Made by a program: the position numbers and the translations under genes. From Camelus dromedarius (Eukaryota), in the NCBI RefSeq assembly GCF_036321535.1, contig NC_087436.1, positions 35,094,001 through 35,158,000 of the forward strand: 64,000 nt of DNA. The letters run 5' to 3'. The notes under the pieces are model-generated. The model ran no database searches, had not been told where the DNA came from, and saw only the letters and a program-made list of their open reading frames with translations. The stretch's first letter is position 1, and the number at the start of each line of letters is the position of its first letter. This document shows, piece after piece, positions 37,396 to 48,995 of the stretch.

Positions 37396-38219
37396 TCATG
37401 TTCTCCAAATAAAAATACTACAGCTTGGCAGAATCACATCTTACATTCTCCTATATGAAATAAATTTTATATCACAATTGTAATTTAACCAAATAAAGTT
37501 ATGCTGTTGGTCGCAAGAAATCCAAGTTATTTTGAGTGGGTGGATATAAAAAGTGAGATTTTTTCCTTTTATTGTCATAATGTGTTTACTGGCTATTGTT
37601 ACAGGCTGATGAATTATCACAATTACATCTTGTATTTGGCAAAAATGTCAATGACAAACTGGAAACTTGGAGGATGCACTTACAGTTGTGCACCATATCC
37701 AGCCCACTGAAAACCATCAGGTCAGAGTCACTGGAAAACCTGCCTCATTCCCTGTAACAGATGCAGACTTACTTATATTTAGAGGACTTGTGCAATGATC
37801 TAGTAATAATGGGATGTTTCTCTGTGAACCAGATTTTTTTTTGATAAATGCAATCAATTGCTAAAGATTCTTGTTCACATGCATATTTCTTTTCCCAGGA
37901 AACTGAAATGACTTTATGGAATGTTCCAAGAATTGCAAAACAGAATTTTTACATTTTAGGTCTCTCAGAATTTCTGTGTTGCCTTAAGTGAATCACAAGA
38001 CCTTAGAGCTTACTCAGTCGTGCAGTACTAGATTCAAATAGTTCTAGGATTTTTAAAAACCAAGTGCTGACCTTTCTGGGCTTTTGAAATCCTGCTGCAT
38101 TGTCTTTCATCTTTTAAACTAAGAGCTGATGTTCAAGTTGAAATTAAACCAGAATAATCCTGGCACCCATGACCACATCCACTTTAGACAAGTTTCATTC
38201 TAGAGGCATTTTGAAGGAA

Positions 38220-38450
38220 GAGCACTTTACAGCACCTCCTACATGTCAAGTGCTGTCTAAAGAGCTTTATTTATGTAATTTCATTTAATTCCTTCATATC
38301 AACCAATGAGGGAGATAGACTACAGCAAAAGATACTGAGACTCAGAAAGTTTATAACCCATGCATGATCATAGAGTTACTAACTGAAGGAATGAAATTCA
38401 AATGCAAAACGAAAATAACTCCTAAGTCTATGTACTTCTAAGCCTCTATT
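38220..38450. mobile_element. MIR SINE
   Basis: AGCACCTCCTACATGTCAAGTGCTGTCTAAAGAGCTTTA...TCATTTAATTCCT...ACTGAGACTCAGAAAG. Confidence 0.75.
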
Positions 38451-39421
38451 ACCTATTCCTCAAATATTAAACATATCACTACCACAAAGTCTTGGGCATC
38501 ATTCAAAATAAAACTCAGTAGTGTGCTTTGGTACTTTCCAGTGCTTATTTCCTAAAATTTAGCCTTCCTTTTGGAAATGAATTTTGCCTTTTCTTTAGGA
38601 ATAAGAAGAAACAGACTCCTAATTTGAAAAATTATATTCCCCACCCATAAAATGATCCTCATCTAAGTCTATCCGTGCCTCCTTCCTGATCATCTCATTA
38701 GGCAACACATCCCTTTGCCTTGTCATTCAAGCCAAGTCATCTGCTAGGCTCTGGATCCTTGAAGGCTTGCCCTTGCTTTCACTCTATTGACTCTTTTCAT
38801 GTCTCTCCTGTTTTTAAAAATGAAGCAAGAGAAAAAAAAGTAAACCAATTAAATAAACCATAACAACAACAAAAAGCCTTGTGCCTACTTTTAATTACTG
38901 CCTTCTTTTCTATCTTTTATTAAGAGTTTTCTCTATTAAAATATATACTTCAGTTTTCACTTCATCCATTCACTCCTATTTACACAATAATCATATTCCC
39001 TATATTGCCAGCTAAAACTGTTCTCACTGTGGTCACTAATAACCTCCTTATTGCTAACATCAAGGGAAGAATTGACCTTCCTTTTCTCAGCTACAACATC
39101 TGATGCAATCAGTTAACTCTTCCTTTTTTGTTTTTATGGAGCAGAATACTCTAAATTTCCTGCCACTTCCCTTCCTATTTATTCATTCAAAAACACTGCG
39201 AGATTAGTATTGTAGATTGAATTATAGTAAATAAGACATAGAAAGTTTCTTCCTTATGTTGATTTCAATCTAATGGTAAATACAGAAAACGCAATTACAT
39301 GGAGCCAAGACAATTATAATTGAGTACTAAATTGAGTGAAGTACCAGGTACTATGGAAGCACGAACAGATGCTCTTAACTCAAGCTTTCTTTCCCTGCTG
39401 GTCATATGTAACCCCATTTAA

Positions 39422-39870
39422 TTTCTTTCTTTTATTGAAGTATAGTTGGTTTACAATGCTGTGTTTATTTCCAGTGTACAGCATAGTGATTCAGTTATAC
39501 ATATATATTCCTTTTTATATTCTTTTTCATTATTGGCTATTACAAGGTATTGAATATAGTTCCCTATGCTATACGGTAGGACCTTCCTGTTTATCTATTT
39601 TATATATATAGTTAATCTGCAAATCCCAAACTCCCAATTTACCCCTCCACTTGCCTTCCCCTCTGGTCACCACAGTTTTGGTTTCTATGCCTGTGATTCT
39701 GTTTCTGTCTTGTAAATAAATTCATTTGTCTTTTTTTTTTAGATTCCATATGAGTGATATCATATGGTATTTTTCTTTCTCTTTCTGGCTTACTTCACTA
39801 AGTATGACAATTTTAAGGTCCATCCATGTTGCTGCAAATGGCATTATTTTTTATGGCTGAGTAGTATTCC

Positions 39871-39921
<51 letters not shown>

Positions 39922-40545
39922 ATATATATATACATACACGCACACCACATCTTCTTTATCCAATCATCTGTCAATGGACATTTAGGTTGCTTCTATGTCT
40001 TGGCTATTGCAAATAGTGCTGTTGTGAACACTGGGATGCATGTATCTTTTCAAATTAGAGTTTCTTCCAAATATATGCCCAGGAGTGGGATTGCTGGATC
40101 TTAGCATGAGTGTATTTTTACTTTTGTGAGGAATCTTCATACTGTTTTCCATAATGACTGCACCAAACTACATTCCCACCGACAATGTAAGAGGTTCCCT
40201 TTTCTCCTCGCCCTCTCCAGCATTTATTGTTTGTGGAATTTTTATTAATGGTCATTCTGACTGATGAGAGGTGAAACCTCATTGTAGTTTTGATTTGCAT
40301 TTCTCTAGTAGTTAGCAATATTGAGCATTTTTTCACATGCCTATTAGCCATTTGTATGTCCTCATCAGAGAAATGTTTGTTTAGTTCTTCTGCCTATTTC
40401 TTGATTGGGTTGTTTATTTTGTTTGTTATTGAGTTGTTGGAGCTGTTTGTATATTCTGGAAATTAAGCCCCTGCCAGTTGCATTGTTTGCAAATATTTTC
40501 TCACATTCTGTAAATTGTCTTTTCATTTTGTTTCATTATTTCAAA
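39422..40545 (-). mobile_element. Relatively young 5'-truncated artiodactyl-type LINE-1 3' end
   Basis: TTTATTGAAGTATAGTTGGTTTACAATG...TTGAATATAGTTCCCTATGCTATAC...AGATTCCATATGAGTGATATCATATGG; ORF 40118-40351 is an ORF2 C-terminal peptide ([11 protein letters not shown]...KCWRG). Confidence 0.9.
39873..39932. repeat. (TG)n(TA)n microsatellite inside L1
   Basis: Read directly. Confidence 0.95.
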
Positions 40546-40559
40546 GAAAAATGATTTGC

Positions 40560-41310
40560 AATCTTTTTCTCCAGCTCAGATCTATTCCAGAGCACACACC
40601 TATGGGCCTATTTTCCCACTAGAAACAGCTCCACTTTTCTGTCCCACAGACATTTCAAATTTGACTTGTCCAAAATGGACTTCATCATACTTTGTGTCAA
40701 AACAAACTATTCCTAACGCATTCCTTGCACTGACTAGTGGCATCAATGATCTTCTAAATTTTCCAAATAAAAAACCTGGCTGTTATCCATGGTTCCCTTC
40801 TCTCCCTTATAGTCCACATCAATAAATTACCAACTCATTTAATTCAGCCACTTATGTGTGCCATTTCTCTTCATTACCATGGCTACTACTATTGTTTATG
40901 CCACCAGACTCTCTCACCTAGGAATTTCAGGAATGTCCTAACTGCTGTCCCTTCCTCTAACCCAGGGGTGGCAAACTACAGCTTATGGGCAAAATCTAGA
41001 CTACTGCTTATTTGTGTAAATAAAGTTTTATTAGAACACATCTACACCCACCATTTACTTATGGTATATGTCAGCTTTCATGCTGCAACAACACAGCTGA
41101 GTAATTAGGATAGAGACTATATGTCACACAAAGTCAAAAATATTTACTAACTCACCCTTTCCAGAAAAAAAATTTGTTGACCCTGATCTAAACTGACCCT
41201 CTCCAATTTCTTTTCCATACTGCTATCAAAGAATTTTTCCTAAAAGCAAATAAGATCATTATACTCCTTTATTTAAAATCATATATGTTCTTGCTGTATC
41301 CTTCAAAGTG
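40560..41310 (+). mobile_element. L2 LINE fragment interrupted by MER58A
   Basis: CCACAGACATTTCAAATTTGACTTGTCCAAAATGGAC...; resumes with TTTCCTAAAAGCAAATAAGATCAT. Confidence 0.7.
40963..41185. mobile_element. MER58A hAT-Charlie MITE, full length
   Basis: Terminal repeats CAGGGGTGGCAAAC...AATTTGTTGACCCTG; internal GTAAATAAAGTTTTATTAGAACACA; 8-bp TSD CTCTAACC/ATCTAAAC. Confidence 0.9.
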
Positions 41311-42559
41311 TTAGAAATCTTCCTATTCAGGCTAATGATTGATCTGGTTGTTCTAGGATTAATGGGGACTCTTCATGGCTGCTGGATTCTTAGAGGTGGG
41401 ATTTCTGCATCAAATGGTAAAGGTATATGCAATTTTACTAGTTATTTCCAAATTTCTCACTTTCTTTTGTATTCCTACCTAAACTATATTTGTTGTTTTC
41501 TCAGCATCTTATCAACAGGATATATGGTCACTATTAGAAATTTCTGCCCTATCTTGCCACTTCTATTGCCATCAGAATTTAAGTAAGGGTAATAAAAATG
41601 GGCCATGGAGCCTTCTAACAGGTTGAAGATGATTTTTAAATTTTGTATGCACTACAAATATATAGTGCATACTATATATACTATAGTGAAAGACATATAA
41701 TGCTACTTGACACAATTCTTGTTCTCAAGTTGAGACCTATTACTGTCTCTTGAAAGGAGTCTGTCTAGACCTGAAACTACACCACTATTAAATCCATCCT
41801 TTGTTTATTTATCTCTTCCCCCTGCTATATCAGATGAGGATGGTAAAAGTAATGCAAGAACAAGACACAGGGACAGCTGAGATTTTGTTGTCTGTTCCTG
41901 TCATAATTTAATATTTTTGGACCTTAGACATACATATATTCTAGAATAGTTGAGTGCAAGTTCTCATAACCAAGCTCATTAGCCATCACTTTAAACTCCC
42001 TGTGTGATGAACAAAGCTCCTGTTTAATTTTCAGTCAAATTTCTTATCTCAAATAATAAATGGTGCACCACTTACTCTTTTCCAAAAGTACAGCGTGCCT
42101 TTTCTACTACCCCATGTTTGCAATACTTTTCCTCACCTTCTTTACCTGGCTAGTTCCTTCATATTGTTTAGAACTTACTCAGCAGTACTCACCTACCCTC
42201 TCCCCGCCCACCACACCCAGGGTAGAATGTATTTCCTTTGTACTCTCAGAGTACTCTGCACTTACCTAGCATTTATTTCCAAATCATTTCAAATGTTTGC
42301 ATTATTCTTTGTACTACACACTACAGATTGTAAATTTTTTGACAATAGAAATTGTTCTAGTCACTGTAATTCCAGTATCCATTATTTATGGTAGTTATTC
42401 AATAAACATTAATTAAAAGAATAAATGTTTGTGGAATTATTAGTGTAAGGAACTGAGCCTGTGAACTTTGACACATTAGCATCATGGTAGTACAAAAGCA
42501 CTTTTGATGACATGAGATCACCAGTGTTAAAGTGCAAGCATATGCTATAACTATTCATT

Positions 42560-43080
42560 TTAGAAATATTTCTTAAGTAAGTGCCATATACTCTAGACTG
42601 AAAAGTTTCTGGGGATATAACACTAAGAAAATCAGGCAAAGTTACTGTTCTTCATGAAGCTTAAACTGGGAGGTAGGTAATCACAAAATTGGTTATATAT
42701 AATTAAAAATTGACTTGAGTTATATGAAAGAAAGAAATGTGGTTTCATAAGAGTGAATAAAAAGGGAACTTAGCCAAGATTCTATGTAAAGGGTGCTGCC
42801 TTGAAGCAGTGATCTTTAAGCTGAGTTCTGTTTGATGAGTAGCAGTTAACCAGGCACAAGGGGAGGAGAAGGGAGAGCTTTATAATCTGAACTCTATAGA
42901 GAGATAATATATTAGTTTGAGTAACTGAAGAAGTCCAGTGTGGTTGGAGCAGAGAATGAGGGGGATCATAATGGCATTGAAACTGAAAAACAAGCTAAAA
43001 GAAGATACCACAGGATCTTTTACTCATGTTAAAGGTTTATTTCCCACCCCCAAGGGGTATAGACATCCACTGAAGATAAG
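42560..43080 (-). mobile_element. L2 LINE fragment
   Basis: TTTAAGCTGAG...GATGAGTAGCAGTTAACCAGGC...GTAACTGAAGAAGTCCAGTGTGGTTGGAGCAGAG. Confidence 0.7.
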
Positions 43081-43099
43081 AGTGTCAGTGTGTGAGAGG

Positions 43100-44735
43100 G
43101 AGTTATTCTCAGATTATCAAACATGTGCATTTATTCCTTGACTTAGAAATCTCACCTCTAAGAATATCACCCCCAAAGACATACTGGCCAGGATATAATG
43201 AACTGACAGCACAAGGCTATTGACTTTTTGTAGTATTTGAAATAGCTAAAGACTGGAAATAACCAAAATGTTCATTGATTGAGTGAACTGTGGTATTTCC
43301 GTATAATGGAGTACTATGCAGCTAGAAAAAGAAATGAAGAATGTGTTATTTTGGGTTCTCCAGAGAACAGAGCCAATAGAATATATATAGATACACATAA
43401 GAGGAGATTGACTGTAGTAATTGGCTCATGATATTATGGGGGCCAAGAAATGCCATGACCTGCTGTCATCAGCAAGCTAGAGAACCAGGAAAGCTGATGG
43501 TGTAATTAGGTTCAAGTCCAAAGGCCTGAGAACCAAATGGAGCCACTGATGTCTGAGGGCAGGAGATTATGGATATCTTGGCTTGAATAAAGAGAGAAAA
43601 CTCACCTTTTCTCTTTCTTTTTGTTCTATTTGGGCCAAGGGTTTGGATCATACCTACTGCATTGGGGTGAGACTGATCTTTGTTACTCAGTCTATGGATT
43701 CAAATGCTAATTTCTCCTGGAAAGACCCTCACAAATACACCCAGAAATAATGTTTTACCAGCTATCTGGGTGTTCCTTAGCACAGTCAAGTTGATACATA
43801 AAACTAAGGAATCACATCACAAGGAATATCTTTATATACTATGAGTGATCTCCAATATATTACAGTAAAAGGCAGACTATATATATGTGTGTGTATACAT
43901 TATATGTACACAATACAGGAAAGACAGTCAAACATTATGTAATTCCTGATGGTAATATGCATATTATGTAATAAAGACACCATACACACACACACCACTT
44001 GATAAATGAAGAAAAACCAGAGAGAATTAGAGTATCACTGTTTGCAAGTGTTAATGAGTTAATGGTCCAAACAGTGATTATAAATGACTGTTAACATCAC
44101 TACAGGAGAGACTATCAAATATTATATAACTCCTGATTGTAGTACATGAGTGCAACTCTAAAATAGTTTTGTCAAATCTGTACCTGATCAAGCCTTTTAG
44201 CACTTACTACCAATTTACAGGAAATAGTGGGAACAAAGAAATACTTGGGGAAGCAATAAAATCAGGCTTTGGAACGAGTCTCATCCAGTTTCTTCAACAG
44301 TAAATGGGGGTTGAGGATTAAGAATATGCGAGATGAGAAGGAACCTCAGATTAAAAGAGTCTTAAGACATATAAACCAATAGTAAAATAGGAAGATATGA
44401 AACTTATTTGAATCCTGTCTCAAACAAATCAACTTTTGAAAATAAAGTATGAGAACAATCAGGGGAATTTGAACACTGACAAGATTAAGGAAATAATGTT
44501 CATTTATTTGGTCTAATATTAATATTATTATAGTTATTTTTAATTTCTTTATTTTAGAGATACAACTTGAAATGTTTATAGATGAAATAGTATGTTGTTT
44601 GTGATTCATTTCAGAATAATATTGGGGGGAAGACTGACCATGAGTTGGTAGATATGGAAGCTGTCTACCTGTGAACAATTATACAATTGTTCCTTTTTTT
44701 TGATATGGTTGAATTTTTCATAATAAACAATATGA
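43100..44735 (+). mobile_element. Old L1ME/L1MC-type 3' fragments, interrupted by MLT2
   Basis: AATAGCTAAAGACTGGAAATAACCAAAATGTTCA...TAATGGAGTACTATGCAGCT before the LTR; GAGAACAATCAGGGGAATTTGAACACTGAC after it. Confidence 0.65.
43342..43821 (-). mobile_element. MLT2B-family ERVL solo LTR
   Basis: TGTGTTATTTTGGGTTCTCCAGAGAACAG...CCCAGAAATAATGTTTTACCAGCTATCTGGG...CATCACA; TSD AAGAA/AGGAA. Confidence 0.9.
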
Positions 44736-46273
44736 ATAAACAGAAAGGTGAAATAATCTGATGCACCTACTCTTTGCTCCAGTGTAATGAAAGGACTGAA
44801 AGGAGCGTGGGTGAGTGGGAAGAGTGTCAGAGGATATGTTACACCTCAGCACATGCATTTCACTTTTTCCTATGGATCAGAATAGTGCACTCATCATGCA
44901 GAAGGACTCTGGAGTTAAATAAGACTTGGTTTCACATTCTAGCTCTGAAACTTAATAGCTGTGTGGCAGCTGCCTGACGGCAGGGACTATAGGGTAATGC
45001 AGGTATGTGGTTATGTGGTTAAGGTAATAAATAACTTTTACCCTAAGAGCCTAGACATAGTATATAACAGGAAACCAGAGTTTCCTTTTTAAGAAGGACC
45101 AGGTCCATCTCATTAAGATGAAAAACAATTTTTCAATGCTGTATCCTGAATTAAAAATACATATATATTTATTACTTATACTTTTGCCCTGAAAGATATA
45201 AACTTGACATTTTAAGTTGTCAAGTAGTTCAGAGAATTTTAGATATTGTTAAAGACGCTTCACTCCACTTCTCTTATTATTTCAGAGCCAAGTCAGTACC
45301 CTAGGCGATAATAGTAGCCAAGAATATGTTATTCCTTAGTTCTGATTATTACAGCAGCTCATTTTGCAATCCCATCTTCTCCCACTGATCCCAGATTTCC
45401 TCATTTTTTTTAAGTAAATATCTGGAAAGTACAGGAAAGCAAGATTTTTTTTCTTCATAAATTTGGCAAATGGAATACTAAGAAAGCCAAAGAAAAAGTC
45501 TGTCAGAAATATTTTCTTCTCAGTTTCATTGATGACATTTCTGTCAGATTTTTGGAAAGGCCGTAACACGCAGATGTTAAATGCTTAGTTGGAATTGAAA
45601 ATGCATGTCCATTTCTTGTGGTCAGGAGTGAATCAACCAGCCTGTCTGCAGTTCTTGCCCTGATTTTTATGAAACTGACCATGCTGAATTTTACATTAAG
45701 GTGGCTGAGTAATAAATAAAGTCAACATCACCAGTGCTTTGCTGCAAAATAACTCTCAACACTGCTTTGTGTGGCTCAACAAGAGTCAGTTTTTAATGTC
45801 CAGTTCAGTTAAAGACTGAAGTGGAAAAGTAATCCATGGCTTTATAATGGGAAATAAAAATTACAGCTAATTGTGTGAGACAGATTGCTGAAATCAGACA
45901 AGGACACTGTCTTAATATATTTCAAAAAGTGGCAAGTACACTGATTGCATACAGGAAAAGTGAAAAAAAGATCTAAAAATGAATAAATCACAGATTCAAG
46001 GCCACACTTTAAGTAACGCCATTCTTAATATCTACCTAGTAACTTCAACCAATATAGAGAGCAAAAGAAGTGCATGCCTCACTGTAATGCTCTCCAGTCT
46101 GATCAAAAGGGTTCTAAAGTTCTGCAAGTGTTCAATCTGCATTATGATTTTTATCCTCTTTAAAAAGCCCTGGATGGAGAAGTTGAGATTCCTTCTTTTC
46201 TGAACCCTATCTTCAATGAGTGAATCCATCCAGGGCAATTTTTCTAGGAAGATTCAATTATTTCGAGCCATCA

Positions 46274-46311
46274 GTGTGTGTGTGTGTGTCTGTGTGTGCG
46301 TGTGTGTGTGT
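46274..46311. repeat. Imperfect (GT)n microsatellite
   Basis: Read directly. Confidence 0.9.
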
Positions 46312-46360
46312 AGCTTAGTATTTGTATAAAGTTAACCCCCAATCTTGCTCAGAAATTGGC

Positions 46361-46513
46361 CATCCCAACATGTTCACAAAATACAACGCCAACCTATTCT
46401 ACCTGCCAGGGCAGCCTTGGTTTTTTTGGTTTTTTGCGTCACATCCCAACATGTTCACGAAATACAACGCCAACCTATTCTACCTGCCAGGGCAGCCTTG
46501 GTTTTTTGCGTCA
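46361..46513. repeat. Two-copy tandem duplication (81 bp + 72 bp)
   Basis: CATCCCAACATGTTCAC(A/G)AAATACAACGCC...TTTTTTGCGTCA occurs twice head-to-tail. Confidence 0.97.
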
Positions 46514-48361
46514 CACCTCATCTTCACTCTTCAAGCACCTCTGCTCCCATTTCCCTCATTCCTTCAGCATTTAGAAACTATACTGTGGCTATATTTGCCT
46601 CATCAGGAACTAAGGACTCTGTTAAAAGGATTGGGGGGGGGGTTCAGGAATATTAGTAGATTCTAGAGACTACCATATATCAGAAATCCCATGAATGTTC
46701 TTTTTTCAACTTCCCGCACAAAAGTAAAATTTATAAAAATGGTGCTACTACTAAGTTCAGTAGTGAAACAAAAGATAGCTGGTTACTCTACTTGCACAGA
46801 TTGGGAAATTCTTCTGAGAGAAAACTGATCTGAATTTTTGAGAAGATGATTGTGAGTCTTACATAGGGAGAAATAAAGGCAAGAAAGGGGGGAAAAGTTG
46901 CTTGATGATTTATGTCCTGGCCCTTCCTACAAAAACTTCACTAGTCTGTGTCAGTTAGCTCTCTTACTCCTGGCATCCATAGGAACAAAATTGTCTCAAT
47001 AGATAATTATAAAGGAAGATTTTTCATAGGTCTTTGAAAATCTAGAGTAAAACATCATATATCAGGAACACATTAGCTCGCCATTCCATAAAGGCAACAA
47101 GATGAACTAACTGCAGGATACAGAATTTGCTTAAATTCCAGAATGTGCACAATTACCCAATACTGCTGAGAAACATCTCTATAGGGGTTCATCAAGAGAT
47201 ACAAATCAATGTAGCAGACATTCACTGAGCAGCATATAGATGTGAGTATGGAAACAAAAATTAAATTCCAGAGAATTAGTATTTTTATGGAGGTCACAGT
47301 TAACTTAGATGCATCAATAAGACATCATCTAAAGCAATTTCTTTCAAATGTACTTCCTTTTTCAAATATGCTAGGACAAGATGGGTTTATGGATAATTAA
47401 TGTAGGAAAAGTTTAATTCTAGAGTTGAAATGATAAGCATTGATATCATTACAGTTCTTTTCAGTGAAAATGTACAACCTAGTAATATGACAGATGAAGA
47501 ATTAGGATTGGTACCTGGCTCTTAAGCATTTATAATGAATACTTTAAAAGCAATCAATAAAATATTTCAAGGCTTACATTTAGGAGGTAGAAAAATATAA
47601 ATACAATGTATGTACTTCCATTTAATTCTTATAAATAGATAATTTCTTACCTTTGATGTGCAGGTAAATGAGAGTACAAAAATATTTCATTCAATGAATA
47701 TTTCAAGTAAATAAGTTCCCTCATTTTTGCCAATAAATTGTCACCTGATACAAAATATTTATGTTGAATAATTTTATAAACTCATTCAATTCATTCAACA
47801 AATATTATGAGCCAGTTATATTGTATACTAGTTAGAACTAAGTTTTTTTGTGACAGAATTCCTCCCTGCCCCAATATGAAAAAAAAGCAGTGGTACTTTT
47901 TAAACTGTCTTTTATAGAAAAGCCTACACAGGCATTCAGGAGTTGCACCGCACTTTGATGCTCTTGTTCTTCCAGGCATTACCTCAGTTCTCAATCTCAC
48001 TTCATCTTGTACCAAAAGAAATACACTTCTTACACGAGTTGGTGGCTCCTGATCATCCATTATGATGCTCCCTCCTATCAAGGGCACAGCCCTGTAGTTA
48101 CCACTTCACATGTGTTTTTACCCCTATGACAAAAAACAGTACCTTGGGCACATCCAGCAGCAAGGGAGATTGAAATATATAGTCTTTTTTTTTTTTTTAA
48201 ATCAGCCATGTGCCTAGATACCCTGCCTCACAGATACACTGCCTCACAAAGCTAGCTGTGCAAGATACAGCAATCAACAAAATCCCAGTGGTTCTTTCCC
48301 TCACGGACTTTGTAATTAGTGGGTTTGATGAATACATGCTTATATTATTGAGCTCATATGA

Positions 48362-48825
48362 TATATTAGTTTCCTGTGACTGCTGTAATCAGTTACCACA
48401 AATTGATAGCTAAAAAACAAAAAACTTATTATTTTACAGTCCTGGAGGCCAGAAGTCCAAAATCAAGGTGTCATCAGGGCTGCACTCCATTTGGAGGTTC
48501 TAGGGGAGAATCTGTTCTTCACCTTTTCCATCTTCTGGTAGCAGCTGGTACCACAACTGTGTCCACATCACTCACTGCTCTGCCTTTGCCTTCACAGAGC
48601 TTCCCTTTGTTTGTGTCATTTTATTTTCTATCTGTCACAAATATCCCTCTACTTTTCTCTTATAAGGACACTTGCCATTAGATTTAGGGCCCACCAGGAT
48701 AATCTTCTCAGCTCAAGATCCTTAAATTAATCACATATGCAATGACATTTTTTTCCTGGAACATTCCAGGGATTAATACATGGACAAATCTTTTGGGGAA
48801 CCACTAAATATGAAAACTCACTACA
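48362..48825 (-). mobile_element. MLT1C-like MaLR solo LTR with perfect 5-bp TSD
   Basis: TATATTAGTTTCCTGTGACTGCTGTAA...GGAGGCCAGAAGTCCAAAATCAAGGTG...TATAAGGACACTTG...CACTACA; TATGA at 48357-48361 and 48826-48830. Confidence 0.9.
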
Positions 48826-48995
48826 TATGAAAAAACAATCACATTTTAATTTCACTTACACTTCAAGCAAAACTTTCTGTTAAAATTCTTTTTCACCAGA
48901 ATACATATACTTTTCTCTAGACTTGTAGAAAGTAAACAATTATGCAGCTGCTTCCCTTAAGGTATGTTATATATGTCAATAAATGAAATCATAGC

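Noticed and set aside
37677..37775. Two minus-strand GTAAGT donor motifs with nearby acceptors
   Set aside because: Implied segments are very short or stop-containing, with no other support; such motifs are frequent by chance.
39874..40104. ORFs with CV or HT dipeptide runs (also 55922-56272)
   Set aside because: Translations of (TG)n/(CA)n microsatellites.
46361..46513. Possible CRISPR-like repeat array
   Set aside because: Only two abutting copies, no spacers, and the DNA is mammalian.
46322..46666. Three overlapping ORFs with repeated peptides
   Set aside because: A by-product of the 81-bp (multiple of three) DNA duplication; no recognisable domain and no real initiation context.
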